Shown in pieces: positions 11,750-25,252 of a DNA stretch of 64,000 bases. The position numbers were made by a program, and so were the translations under genes. Source of the stretch: Eledone cirrhosa (Eukaryota); NCBI GenBank assembly GCA_964016885.1, contig OZ024745.1:55366001-55430000 (forward strand), given 5' to 3'. The notes under the pieces were generated by a model. It worked only from the letters and a program-made list of their open reading frames with translations. It did not search any database and was not told the origin of the DNA. The stretch's first letter is position 1; each line of letters opens with the position of its first letter.

Positions 11750-11796
11750 ATACAATGACATTTAATAAATGAAAACTATATTTATAAAACCATATT

Positions 11797-11857
11797 TATT
11801 CTATTATATATATCTCAAGGGTACCAAAACTTTGGTACGCTTTCATCAGATAAAATA
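11797..11857 (-). ncRNA. Hammerhead ribozyme, A14G core variant (mirror of 11592-11652)
   Basis: Reverse complement of the previous copy, including the GAGA change. Confidence 0.75.
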
Positions 11858-11894
11858 CAAAGATTATTTTATAAATGTTGACATAACTAAGAGA

Positions 11895-11944
<50 letters not shown>

Positions 11945-12031
11945 ATTTTTAATAAATGGAAACTATATTTATGAAACCATATTTATACAATAATATTTAA
12001 TTAATGGAAATTATATTTATAAAACAATATT

Positions 12032-12093
12032 TATTCTATTATATATATTTCAAGTGTACCAACACTTTTGGTACGCTTTCGTCAGATAAAATA
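12032..12093 (-). ncRNA. Hammerhead ribozyme
   Basis: Reverse complement reads tattttat-CTGACGA-aagcgtaccaaaagtgttggtacactt-GAAA-tatata-TA-atagaata. Confidence 0.82.
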
Positions 12094-12246
12094 CAAAGAT
12101 TGTTTTTAAAATGTTGACATATCCAAGAAAAGATACTTTAACGGTTAAAGTTTTTCTTGGATAGAAAAACATTTTTTTGGATAGAAAAACTTGAACCGTT
12201 AAGGTATCTTTTCTTGGTTATGTTAAAATTTATAAAACAAACTTTG

Positions 12247-12307
12247 TATTTTATCTGATGAAAGCGTACCAAAGTTTTGGTACCATTGAAATATATATAA
12301 TAGAATA
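12247..12307 (+). ncRNA. Hammerhead ribozyme
   Basis: tattttat-CTGATGA-aagcgtaccaaagttttggtaccatt-GAAA-tatata-TA-atagaata. Confidence 0.82.
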
Positions 12308-12320
12308 AATATTTGCAAAA

Positions 12321-13613
12321 TATTTGCAAAATATCACAGGAAAAGTACCTAATATTGCCTATGTGGAAATATTGAAATACAAATCATTATGAGGATATGT
12401 GTGCATGTGATTCATTCGAGTGGCAAAATACTTGAGCACAAGTATTCTTAGATACATATTGGAAAATGATTGCTCGTGCACTTTACTAAAACACCAGGCA
12501 TATCGGAAATTGTTACCTGCAGGGATATGCTTTCCTAATTGCATTTACCATGAATTCATAAAGGATCATGGACCTGAATAATTTACATTCACAATTTCAA
12601 ATAAAACTGAATAAATGCATTTAGTTATGTTTCAGGAAATGCTTTCTTGGCTTACTGAATACGATTTTAATTGCTGCATTTAAAAATACAGGGTTGGTGG
12701 CTTGATATTAACTAAAACATTAACTGGGAAAATATGTACTTCTAGGGATATCATTACACAGTATGTTATTAATAACAAAATAAATATAGCAATAAATATC
12801 TGCATTTAAGCCAACTATATTCTAGATGCTTGACATCACGAAGGATTGAAATAAATTCGTAAATGTTAAATTACTTAAACATAAACATAAAATACATTAT
12901 ATATATATACATGTGTGCGTGTGCGTGAGTATGTGTGTGCGTGTGTGTGAGTATGCGTATTTATGTATATATATATATATATAAATGTATATCTATGTGT
13001 GTGTAAGTATGTATATGCGTGCATGTATAGAGTAGACAGAGAGACAGGGGGGAATAAAAAAGGATAATATCGACATATAATTATCATCAAAGAATGAAAT
13101 TCAGACTTTTGAAAAGGAATTGGCATGTGTAAAAGTACGACAAAACATTAGAATCCCAGTATTACTATGTGGTATATATACATACATATATTTATATATA
13201 TATATTATAAAAATAAAGTGTCTATGTTGACCGCTAATAGCACTAAATAAAATTGATAATAATTGTTTCTACTTTTGACAGAAAAGCCAGCAATTAGCCC
13301 AGTGGATTACTAACGCTTCGACTCCGTAAGGATGAAAGGCAAACTTCTACCGCGGTTGGAGTTAAACTCAGAATGTAAAGGGATATACCTCTATGCTTGC
13401 AACGCATAGTGTCTGACGCTCCACCGATTAATACCAATCCACCCAGCCTGACATCTGATTGACACCTTCTCTTTCCTCCCCTGTCTCACTAACTCTTTTC
13501 TCTCAATCTGTATATATATATATATATATGATCGTTGGCAAATCACTGATAAGGGACTAATTTTATAATATGTATTCCATGTGCAACCATGCAGTATTCG
13601 TTTCCCCATGATC

Positions 13614-13650
<37 letters not shown>

Positions 13651-14300
13651 ATAATAATAAAGTTGAAGACTAAAATCCAAAGGGGGCTCGATAAGGATAA
13701 TTATATATCAGAAATATAAGAACCGTAGAGCAAATATTTATTAAAATAACAGATTAAATTTTAAGAAAAAATCGCTGCTTTCATCCTAAACGGGATCTTC
13801 TGAAATATATATAAGCTGACTATCCACTACACCAAACTCACCAAAAATTAGCCTAGGCATCTCCCCGCCCCCTCCAACCAAACGACCTAGGTTTGTAATA
13901 TGACACTGTTAAATTATACTGCGAGTAGCAGCTCGTGTAGTGGGTAGTCAACTTTGGTTAGCGCCAGCACTGAATTGCGGAGGTGAATTGTTGACCACAG
14001 GGAACGGGCAGGCGATTCAAAACACACGCATTGTCCGTTCCCTTGTCGTTTCTATTTCGAATGCTTTGGGAACGTAACCTTATAATATAAGGAGCTGTTT
14101 GATGATGTCACGGTACTGGGTACATGGAATCGTGTGGCCACTATCGTCATTGACATATATAACACAGCATAACCAATAAAGGACCTTTGACATCTGTAAC
14201 TACTTCGCATTTTATCATTCTAAATATAGTCCATTTTTCCCGTGTGCGAAAATACGTCGAGTGCTTGATTTGATTTGCATCAATATTTGCAGTAAAGTTT
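12321..14300 (+). repeat. Tandem segmental duplication, copy B
   Basis: Paralogous to 9508-11203, with two extra inserts (13530-13617, 13648-13805) in an expanded (TA)n. Confidence 0.92.
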
Positions 14301-14317
14301 TATATATATATATATAT

Positions 14318-14503
14318 ATGAAAGCGTAACAAAGTGTTGGTACCCTTGAAATATATATAATAGAATAAATGTGGTTTTATAAATATAGTTTCCATGTATT
14401 ATATATCATTGGATATTGTACTCCACAAAATCTGTCGTGTGCTCTGTATCAGTTATAAATATTTACATTTGTTGAATTACCAAAAAATTGAATATCCCAT
14501 TTG

Positions 14504-14506
<3 letters not shown>
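14318..14506 (+). mobile_element. 5'-truncated HHR mini-element (family of 11242-12312)
   Basis: Starts inside the HHR core (ATGA-aagcgtaac..GAAA-tatata-TA-atagaata) and ends ..aattgaatatcccatttgct-(TA)n, matching the reverse complement of 11242-11262. Confidence 0.8.
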
Positions 14507-14565
<59 letters not shown>

Positions 14566-14569
<4 letters not shown>

Positions 14570-15120
14570 TATGTACACGTACATACATATATGTATACCG
14601 ACGTACAGTAGTATGTGTATATATATATACATACATGCACATATATATATATGCACGTATGGATTCACCGAACATTTATTATAATGCTCGGTGTGTTTGT
14701 AAACAAACATCCCGTATTAAGTCGTAGTGTCTAGTAACCACCGTTGGTCGTTTGTTCAACACTGACAAAGGAACGCTGTACTAGTTTCAAGCTGGTTAGC
14801 TATCGTCAGCAACGTATACCTTCCTGCCAGATTGTTGAACGTATATACTTACCTTATGCATATTAACGGCTGAGTAGCCCAATTTGCATATCGAGTGGGT
14901 TAATCAGCCGGGTGCACCGAAAATGATAAACGGAAAAAATGAACAAGTGTTGAACAAACCAGCAACGGTGGTTGCTAGACACTACGGCTTAATACGGGAT
15001 GTTTGTTTACAAACACACCGAACATTATAATAAATGTTCGGTGAATCCATACGTGCATATATATATACATACTACTGTACGTCGGTATACATATATGTAT
15101 GTACGTGTACATACTTATAT
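14566..15120. mobile_element. Fold-back HHR element with ~175-200-bp inverted arms
   Basis: 14566-14763 is the reverse complement of 14946-15120; the spacer carries an HHR. Confidence 0.85.
14773..14815 (-). ncRNA. Hammerhead ribozyme with extended stem I
   Basis: Reverse complement reads acgttg-CTGACGA-tagct aacc agctt-GAAA-ctag-TA-cagcgt; helix III palindrome ACTAGT, triplet GUA. Confidence 0.82.
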
Positions 15121-15173
15121 TTAAGTAACAGCCGTACTAAGAGTGGGAAATGAAATATCTTTTCATTTTTTCC

Positions 15174-15238
<65 letters not shown>

Positions 15239-16949
15239 ATGAAAAATTAGAAATTAGAAGTTAGGATTATCCATCATCAGTTGTCTACTAGGCGTCATAG
15301 GCAAGATAGCTCAGCCTAGGGTGAAAGAATAACTAAAGTAAGTTATTGGGATAAAAAGAAGTGGGTGGAGAAAAAGAAGGACATGTAAACAGACACGATG
15401 AGTGAGGCAACGTAAAGAGAGGAAAAAGGGAAACAATCAAGTCAATAATTCATTACGAACATAAAAACGGGCGAATTTTGACGAGGAGAAAAAACTACGT
15501 CTTGACCGTGCGGGTGTAAGCGAGAAGAAAGAACGCGGACGATGGAGGGAGTGAGAGGGATGGTGAGTAGCAGAGAGTGAGTGAAAGTGCGTGGAAGTGG
15601 CTAGCGGAGAGAGGGTGACTAGCAGAGGGGTTGTGTAAAAGGAAGAGGGAGAATGAGCGAGAGAAGGGGGAGAGAGAGAGAGGATAGCAGCCAGGGAAGA
15701 GAAAAAAGACAGGTCACAGCAGAGGGCGAGACATATATATATACATACATATGTGTGTGTGTAAACATGTATAGTAGTTAACACAAAGTTTTGTTTGTAA
15801 TAATTACACATTGAGAAACTAAATACTTTTTCAAGTAAAAAGTTAGATAATGCGAACAATAAAAAACAATGATATTTGATAAAATAAAATGTAATTTAAA
15901 AGGGATCTGAGTTTCAAATCACGCGCATAATTTACATGGCATATTTCACCTGAAATTCCCGAAAGTGCTACTCGATTTTCGTAACAGAAACAAAATGCAT
16001 AACCCTTCCCTCTCTTATACGCCATAGAGTAATTATTGAGCAATCGATTTTATTATTGAAATTTATAGAAACTTAAAATATAAGGAACAGCTAATAAAAT
16101 AAATATATTGTGATAATTTCAACGAAATGTGTTGCTGCAATCAAAGTTTAATTATGATATCTGAAATTATCATTCGAGGGACCATTTAATCCATCGAATA
16201 ACGCATTAAACATTTTTTGAATTATGCCTTATATGAATTATATCATCCACTTGATATCGGCTTTACTATAATAGAATTGGAAACGTATTTATTTTAGACA
16301 GAACAAAATTTAAAAAATCCAACGACCTACTCAGGTGTCCATTATAAATACAAGGACACCTAGAAATTGTTGAATGTTGAGATAAAGTAAAAATGCGTAA
16401 ACAAATAATAAAGGGGATAACACACTAATCATATCTACAGATTTTAAGAGGAAGACCTGACAGCGAATTATTTCAATCTTAAATCCCCTTCGAAAATTAA
16501 TCTGTTTTTCAGATTGACCCATAAGCAGATATATCCGATGTCAGCCAACCTAACGTGCATAAATCGAACTACGCAGATGAAATTTATCGTCAAAGCCTAA
16601 CAGCGGACGTGTTTAAACTATTTTCTATATCCTTAAATAAATCTCCATCTCTCTCTTTCGTGTCCAAATCTCGTACCAGACTGACAGGTGTCATGACCTA
16701 TCTTCGTAAAAGAAAGAAAATAAGTAAGTGGACATCGCTCAGGTTTAGAAAGCTGAATTCGGAGACAGAATAGCTACTAGAAAATAGATTAATGAGAAGT
16801 CTAACAGATATTTTGAATGCACCATTATGTATACTGCAATGTAACATGTAAGTGAACGTTTGTTTATTACGAGAACGCAGTTTCAATAAATAAGTAAAGT
16901 ATACAAAAGAGATTGTATATTTTTACAAATAAATTAAGATAATCATTTG

Positions 16950-19900
16950 AAAGCCACCAGTGTCTGTACTTAGGGCATCAATATATGTCAACCTCAGTCT
17001 CCCTCTTCTAGTGTGTCCGTGTAAGTGCTCTCAAAGGAGTACTAAGTGCAGTGTGAACTCTGAATGTCGGTGAGCATGTCCAGCTAAACTCAGTCTCTTC
17101 TGTGTTACTTTGGAGCTGACGTTTGGGAGAGTCCCGTACAACTCTGAGTTCTTAATCCTCAGCATATACTGATTAATGAGCAGAGCCATCCTCAGCATGC
17201 TCATATAGTACCTATCCACCATCTGATTGAGATTCTTAATCAGTGTCCAAGTCTCAGAGCCGTACAGTAGCACAAACTCTACTGTAGCAACGAGGAGACG
17301 GATCTTCAGGTCTTTACGAAGGTTCAACGTCCACACCGTTCTCAACTTGTGGGACGTTGCGCAGGCTTTCCTCTTCCTGTCAACAACATCATCCTATGTG
17401 TTACCAATCTGTGCTCCCAGATACAGAAAGTCCTCAACCACTCTAGTGTCTTTTCCCCTACATCCATAGTCTGTTTCCTACAAGATACATCGTCTTAATC
17501 TTATTCATTCTCAGCCCCACACTCATCGACACAGTCTCCATCCCTTGTATCAACTCTTCTGTCTCCTTCACGGTTTGTCATCGGAACTATGTCGTCAAAT
17601 GCAGCATCTGATATCGTTTTAGCCTTAACTCTGTAGCTCTGAGCCAGTGCTACAGTAAAGCCAGATACCTGTGTTCTCCAGCGCAAGGCGCATAAAATAG
17701 TCCACTGCGATGATAAAAGGTAGGGAGCCAATATAACTCCCGGGAGCACTCCAGCCAGTATCTCAAAGAACGCCATCATCCCATCAGGTGTAATCACTTG
17801 GGCTCTGGTTTTGTTGTAGAGCAGTGATATCAGGTCCACTATCTTCTTGAGGATTCCAGTGACGGTCCACAGAATCAAAGGCCTTCCTAAAGTAAATGAA
17901 AACAACGACAGCAGGAGGCTCTTGCTCTACCACCCTCTATTATCCTTCTCTGCATTATGATATGACTAGTGGTTGATCTTGCTTCTCTGAAGCCGTTCTG
18001 ATTGTTCCTGAGCTTCTTCTCCATCTCGAGCTGGATACTGTTAAGAATCATCCTGTTGAGGATCTTTTCCACAAGTGACGTCAGTAAGATCCCCCTGTAG
18101 TTGTTGGTTTTAGAGAGATCTCGCTTCTGTGGCACTGGGATGATGTTACTGATACTCCATTGATTGGGGGCTATTCAATTCTCCAGTGCCTGGTTACAGA
18201 AATCTAGGATGATATAATGAAAATCACACCTCTTCATCACTTCTGATGCCACTCTATCTGCTCCATGGGCCTTGCCATCCTTGTTCTTCTTGGCTCTCTG
18301 AAGCTCCTCTCTGGTGAAGGGTCCTGTCTCAATATCTAGTTTCTCAAACAGCTGCCTGATCTCCCCAGTGTTCTGGGCTGTGGAAGGTGGCTCTCCTAGT
18401 AGGGTCTTTAAATGATCCTGCCGTTTTCTCTTCCTGTCCTTGGGCCCTGTTCCCTCGATCTGACTCGAACACCCACTCTCTCCCTGTGATCTCGTTTATG
18501 ATCGCCCAGCTCTCTTTACACCTAGAACTACCACCCACTCTCTCCAAACTTCTGATCTTCTCTATCAGTGCCTCCTATTTGGACTCAGTGTAAGCGGTAT
18601 AGAGTTCTTCTTTCATCGCCGCAATATTATCCTGCGACTCTTCCGTAAGATGTTATTGGTCGTTGGCAGCTTTCAGCTGTTCTCTGGCTGCACACATCTT
18701 CGGGTCGACAGAGCTGCCGTTCTTTCTCTTCTTCTCTCTCCTCGGCACCAGGGCCTCACTTGCTTCTTCGAATGCATTGGTGACGTATTCGTACCTCCCC
18801 GTCACACACTCCTCATTCCCTCTAATCTCTCTCACATCTGCCTCTCCACAGAGAACACTGAACCTATTCCTCATTTCTACTGTGTACCTCTCCTGTAGCT
18901 CATCATCTTCCTTGAAAGCTCCTCAGACATGCATTGCTCTCAGGGACTAAGCCTTACCCTTTCTTAAGATCACCCGTACCTCACTCATAAGAAGCCGGTG
19001 GTCACTGCCCAGTGTACTGAAACAATTGTATGGTTCTGGGTTCAGAACACGATTCTACCACTTCTTCCTCACCAAAATGAAATTAATCTGGGACTTGGTC
19101 AGATGCATATCAGACATGTAGGTCCACATTTACCCCAGATTCTTCCTAAACATTAGACTGGTTGCCATCAAGTTTGGTGTCCCTCAGTAGTCTCCAATTT
19201 TGGTTGGTGTTGTTATGGAAGTACTAGTAACGATCTTCACAGCTCTCCTTACACAGATGTGCATTGAGGTCACCCAGAAAAATCAGGTTGTTATGAGCTG
19301 GTGTGGTGTTGAAAGCTCTACACACTTTTTATGGAACTCCTCTGCACTCACAGCACTGTTCCTCTCGTTTGGGCTATAGGCTGATATGACTGTCAGCCTG
19401 GGGTTTCCACTGAAGGTCACTCTCAACTCTTGCGGGGAGTCAGGTATTATTTCTCTCACTAATAGATTGGCTCTTGCACTGAACACAAATCCCACTCCTC
19501 CTACTGCAGAATTAGTTATGTTCCTCACTGATGATGTGGTGATGAGCTGGCTCCTCTTCCCAATCATCACTCTCTTCCCACGCTCATCATGTATAATCCT
19601 ATGTTCTTGGATCGCAAGTATCTGTATACCACTCTCCCCGAAGAGATGACCCAACTCCCCTCTCTTCTCCAGTGTCCGAACAGTCCTCACATTCAGAGTG
19701 CCCATGTTGATGGCTCTTCTGCAGGACAAAATTGCATTCTTTATATTTGTCTAAGAGACAGCTGATCCATAATTTACTGCCCTCCCTGTGGCTCATAACG
19801 ACCAGTAAAGTCATAACGACCTGACTGCTACTCCGTGTAGTTAGGAGCACTAACCCTAGTGCCGTTAAATTCATGTCAGTTCACTCGAAACAGCGTCTTC

Positions 19901-20190
19901 AAATTCATCATCTGAAAGATCCTTGACACAGTCACTTCCTGCTCACACGAGGAGTCTGTCATAATCGAACTGAGTGACCACTTGCTTTTCCTACCGGTTG
20001 CCATCAAAACGTCCGATGCCCTCGAAGCCCCGAGTGTCATTTTTCCTCCGCTAAATCGTGAGGAATACATTTAATCTGTAAAAGAAGGAGTTTGTGATGG
20101 AGAGATTGATTCAGCAGATATCCTGGTCTGTCCCCCGTAGTAATTCCTTCACCATCGAGTCTATGGAACGTAGCTAAGAAATACCGCTTA
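16950..20190 (-). mobile_element. Decayed near-full-length RTE/RTE-X-type LINE (5' boundary uncertain)
   Basis: APE: MGTLNVRT..LAIQEHR..VGGVGF..ISAYSP. RT: DLSKTNNYRGILLTS..NQNGFR, AGVLPGVILAPYL, AFDDIV, LLYGSETWTL, RRGR. Many stops and frameshifts. Confidence 0.9.
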
Positions 20191-23100
20191 ACCAATGATT
20201 TAGAGTGTGAAGCTAACTTCCGCCTTCCCCATTAATTACTTTTCTTTCTCCCAGTGTATTATATGGAATATATATTTAAATAAAGAACATTTGTCCTATA
20301 ACAACATAATAAAAATGAAATTATCGCGTACAATTTCTTATCTACCTGAAATTGAGTCTAAATGTATTCTTTACGAAGTATCTGGTGCCTCTTGACACAC
20401 ATGTTCCCATCAATTGCAATATCATATATTCAGTTTTTCTTCGAAACCGCATAGATATCCAACGAAGATATTCAATAAAGTTTTACGAGGACTAGTGAAA
20501 AAAATACTATAATCCAAATACATTTATGCATTTAATTATAAGAATATAAATTGCTTTTCCATTGCATTTTTTGAAAATACCAGAAGTCTATTTCAACAAA
20601 AGTATGTCAAATTCTTTTAATCAACATATTTCATTAGAAATCCTACCGCGGATTATCAAATATACGTAGGGATTTATAACTTAAATTATAATTATAATAG
20701 TACGTTTATATTCATCAAACTTTACATTTCGTCTAATCATAACACCTATAAGGTTTTAGTCTTATTTCAAAAATACATTTATTCCCACCTTCCGAAAAAA
20801 TCAATTTTATTATACAATTTGGCATCGAATAATTCATCTTTGTTCTTCAATATATTTCACATATTTAATTCAACACGCAACCATAACAAGAGATATGTCC
20901 ATTCTTCGCTTAATATAAATGAAAGACGCGTAGCTTTTTCATGTGTGTATATAGGTTTATTTATCAGTTTGCTAAACAAACAGGTGAGACGATGACAGAA
21001 TATTGAATAGTTTAAATCAGTAAGAATCATCTCCTGTTACGCTGTGGTAGACTTCTGTTTGTTAGGAACTCGATAACTCTTAAAGTTCGGGTTCCTATAT
21101 AGCATACTCTAAAATTCTTAATAATGTGACAAATAAATAAAATAAAACGTTTTGGAGGAGTAAATAAGCCTAGCCTACGTCTTCATAAAATCTATATAAG
21201 CATAAGGCTATAAAGAGATTTAAAATACTCTAATCAATCTCGAAAGCTTATGATAGAATGACAATGAAAAAGGATCAACGTGAACAGATTTCGTATGATT
21301 TACTTCATGATTAAGATATACATCATTTATAATATAAACTTCATGATATTTAATGATTTCGTCTTCCATTTTGTTATATAAATGGACATTAAGCATTAGC
21401 ACTTTATAATCGTTTTAAAATATTAAACTCTTTACAACTCGATAATATTCATAAAATAATTAGAATAATTTTCTTCATCATGCAGTGTTCTCAATATGTT
21501 TCGAAGAAACATATACGCTATGCTTAGGAAAGTGCTTTCTTCTCTGATTTAAAACAAAGTTATTTTTTGTTTCCTGCCATGTATTATGCATGTGAAATCA
21601 AGTAAATTTCTTTCATAAAATTTAAAAACGATGAACCTATAGTGCACAATATTAAATTACTACAACTTAGATAATAAACGTCTTTTATCTTGAGCATATT
21701 TAAACATTTCTTTAACAACAATTTCATGTGTGACTGCATGAATAAATATGTGTTTATGCTGCATCCTAATTCACTTTTCTTCATTAATGTCATTTCATAA
21801 CCATCTGTATCTCTGGCAAATCTGTCTCATTACATTCTCTGAAATGTTTCTGATGACTGAACAACGACAAATAAAAGTCAGTCTATTATTAATTGTATCT
21901 AAAACCATTTCTATCTTGACTTAGAAAGAATATTTGAATATGTATATCTGTAAATGAATGTTATTTATGATTTAGACGGGAAAAGTACAGCTGAAATAAC
22001 TTAATCGTTTTCGAATGTCCGTTAAATGTGCAGTGAAAATTGTTTGGCAGTCTGACAATAAATATGCAGGCAACGCTTGACAATTGCATAGTATTGTTTC
22101 CGTTGAACAATTTTTTCTTCAATTTGCACTCTTTTGAATTCTCTCATTCCGTTATCTTTTTCGCAAGAACTACCTCTCACTCTCCTTCTCTTACATATAT
22201 TTTTTTCTCTTACTCTTTCATTATTTCTGCTTCCTTTTCACTCTGTAACATGTAAATTAATGCCTCCTGCTATCTTTATTTCTCGTCTGAATATATAATA
22301 AATTGACGTGGTTCTGTAATTAAGGTAGTCGACATTTTAATCCTTAACTGCCTAGTTAATTCCTCGGTTCTAGGATATTACTGTCCATGGTCTATCGAAT
22401 AGCACTAGCAAGAATAATTTGACATATTCTCATATAACTATTCTCATGAGATACTCCCTTAACAGTTACATTATATAAAAAATACACGTTGCATGAAATG
22501 CGTTGTTTCAGTAATAAAAATAATCATTCAATGCTTTGTCTAGTTTGTTTTCTATTTCCGTTTTACCGCTCCGCTGAATATGTCATGCTGAAGTATGTTA
22601 ACATTATCATTAGCTTTGTAATCAAACTTTATGAGTTTGGAACTGACTCGGATTGAAAATGGATATTATTACAAAAGAAGCGTATATCCATAATATAAAC
22701 CGATGTGTTTCTAATTTGACCATTAATCTTCAGGCAAACATAAACAAGACAAAATATTAATTATAATTACAATTAAATTTGTCTGTGTATTATACACATT
22801 TCAATATTGACATTATTTCAATGGAATATATTTTTTGTTTTGGTTAATATACTATACATATGATGAATGTCTCTAAATGTGGCAGAATTCACAACTAAGA
22901 AGCCTATCTATAGTCCACGAATTCTACTATAGTAGCCTACACTTAAATGGTACTTATTTTCTTAAACATAACATTTATGGAGTGGGTATTGCTTTGATTT
23001 GAACAATGAACATGAAATAACATTGAAAAAACGTTGATTATATTCAACCATCGTGAATATTTTCCCCCAAACCTTCGACAGAGATAAAATATATATATAC

Positions 23101-23699
23101 TCGTAGGGGAATCTAAACAATATTTAAAAGTAAGAGTGTTACAAACTCACGGCAAGATTCTACTACAAAACACGTTCATACAACCTTAATCTATAGAAAT
23201 ACAAGCGAGTTTACAATTACAAAAATTAATGACACCACCACAATGAGGCTAACAATAGTATTCTTGTTACGTCCCTCTCATACATAATGCACAAAAACGT
23301 ATACAGATTACTCAACAAATGGAACAGTCTTGAAAACAAAACAATACATGTCTCTTAAAAATACTACTACAATAATTATTTCTACGATATAATTTACTTC
23401 GTCAATAATCGGAATAAAATGGGTGAGATATATCTCGCTGTTCGCTTGACAAGCATGTATGTCGTGTGACGGCTCGGTTTGACTTACGGCTTCATAACAA
23501 AAACAACAAACATAGCACTTTCTCAGCTACAAAATATTACGAGCCATATAATCTTTATTCATAGTGTACATATAAAAAAAAGAAGATGAATCATGAATAT
23601 TCAAGAAGTGAATACATCATAAACAACTGCCTCAAAAGTTAGCTGCCATTAGGATACTGGTTTAGACGAAATCTATCGTAGTATTTCGGCAAATATGTG

Positions 23700-23731
<32 letters not shown>

Positions 23732-24259
23732 GAATATTTGCATTGTTCATGTAAAGTAAGGCAGGACGAATTGGAAAGCAATGATACTCTAGGATCATCA
23801 CTTCCAAACTGTTAGGAATTAGGCGTCACCGACCGGACATTGTCGTATTGAAGAGGGGATAACAATAATGTCAGTCCTTGATGTAGCCATATCAAATAAA
23901 AAGGCATTGCTCGTGATTGAGAAAATCAAGTACTCTGAATTGAAAGTGTGGAATGCAGGGGAGTAATGTGAAATGAATAAGAGATGTGATTAGAGCATGA
24001 GAGACAACCCCATGGAAACTTCACTTCTTCAAATTTAATGCAACATCGGTGTCATACACACATTCAGGATTGGTAGTTAGTGTGTGGATTGTAAGTAAAT
24101 TATTATTATTTTGTTGCCATTGTTGCATTGATCATTTACTCTTCTTAACAAATTAATAAAAATTATTATTATTTGACCTCGTATATATTCCAAGATTATT
24201 TAAAAGACAAGCTCAAAGTTTTAAAACCTTACTCCCATCATTTCGGTTTTCATTTCATT

Positions 24260-24416
24260 GGTGGATTGGCAGTATCGGTAGAGGGTCGTGTGCCATGCTT
24301 TGACGCATAGAGTTACATCGCTTGTCATTCTGAGTTCAAATCCGCCTTTCATCCTTACGGGGTCGATAAATAAAGTACCAGTAATACACTGGGTGGCCAA
24401 AAGTAGAAACAATTAT
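24260..24416 (+). mobile_element. tRNA-derived SINE copy
   Basis: ggtggattggcagtatcggtag..gagttcaaatcc..gcctttcatccttacggggtcgataaataaagtaccag. Confidence 0.85.
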
Positions 24417-25139
24417 TTACCATTATCAAAATTGCTACATTCGTATAATAGTTGTTCATACTATTTTTTTCAATTTAAACAATTTCAATCTGGAGGCTGC
24501 AGCGATGATACTATGGGGTTGGTGAAATCGTTTTTAGTATTTCTTCTCTGTATTAGTTAATATCAGGCACGTTAACCATTTAATATGCTAGACTAACAGT
24601 AAAATAAGTTCTTTTTAAACGTTTCAGAACAACAGATAACAGTTAATTACATTAATGCACAGGTGGCAATTGACGATGTAAAATAGCTTCTTAGTTCAAT
24701 AAAAAAAAAAATACGGAATTAATCGTCATTTACTTATCACAAATAACCACCAACCCCAACACAAGACAATTTATTTCGAGTAACGCCACCAATTTAATAT
24801 GAGTTCTTAGTATAGTTCATGTTTGCATGCGTTAACATTTGTTTATATGCTTTTAATAGCGTCCCATCTCATTTTCATTACGATTAACGCACTTTCATTA
24901 TGCTTCTCCCTCAAATTGCGTAGCATACTTTAAGTAAATAGACTTCTCCGTCATTTCTGTAATATTATAACTACCTCTTTTTCTCTTGCTCTCTCTCACT
25001 TCAACACTCTTCTAACTCAAACTATTTGTGAACCACCCCCATGGGTACATCATGCGTACGAGCATATTATTCTCAAGCTAAGTTTAGAGAGGCACGAAAT
25101 CGATTATATCGTCTCCAGTATATTCCCGTGATTTCTCAT

Positions 25140-25252
25140 CCTAACAAGGATGAAAGGTAAAGATAACCGCAGCGAGATTTGAACGCAGAACATAAAAACC
25201 CAGAACAAATACCAAAAATCGTTTATCGCACGCTCTAATCTTTCTGGTAATA
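25140..25252 (-). mobile_element. Diverged SINE fragment
   Basis: aaggatgaaaggtaaagataaccgcagcgagatttgaac matches the reverse complement of the SINE core and B-box. Confidence 0.6.

Larger units (their letters stand above)
11242..12312. mobile_element. Cluster of short HHR mini-elements in mixed orientations within (TA)n
   Basis: Five copies of one ~150-260-bp unit (orientations -,+,-,-,+) separated by (TA)n or joined head-to-head; no ORF. Confidence 0.88.

Noticed and set aside
11242-12312. CRISPR-like or satellite array interpretation
   Set aside because: Eukaryotic context, mixed orientations and no unique spacers; explained by HHR mini-elements.
15437-15859. 140-aa minus-strand ORF
   Set aside because: Low-complexity purine-rich sequence, probably the UTR of a decayed repeat.
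16325-16360. Tc1/mariner terminal repeat (caggtgtcc)
   Set aside because: No matching distal TIR or transposase found, only a local ggtgtcc/ggacacc hairpin.
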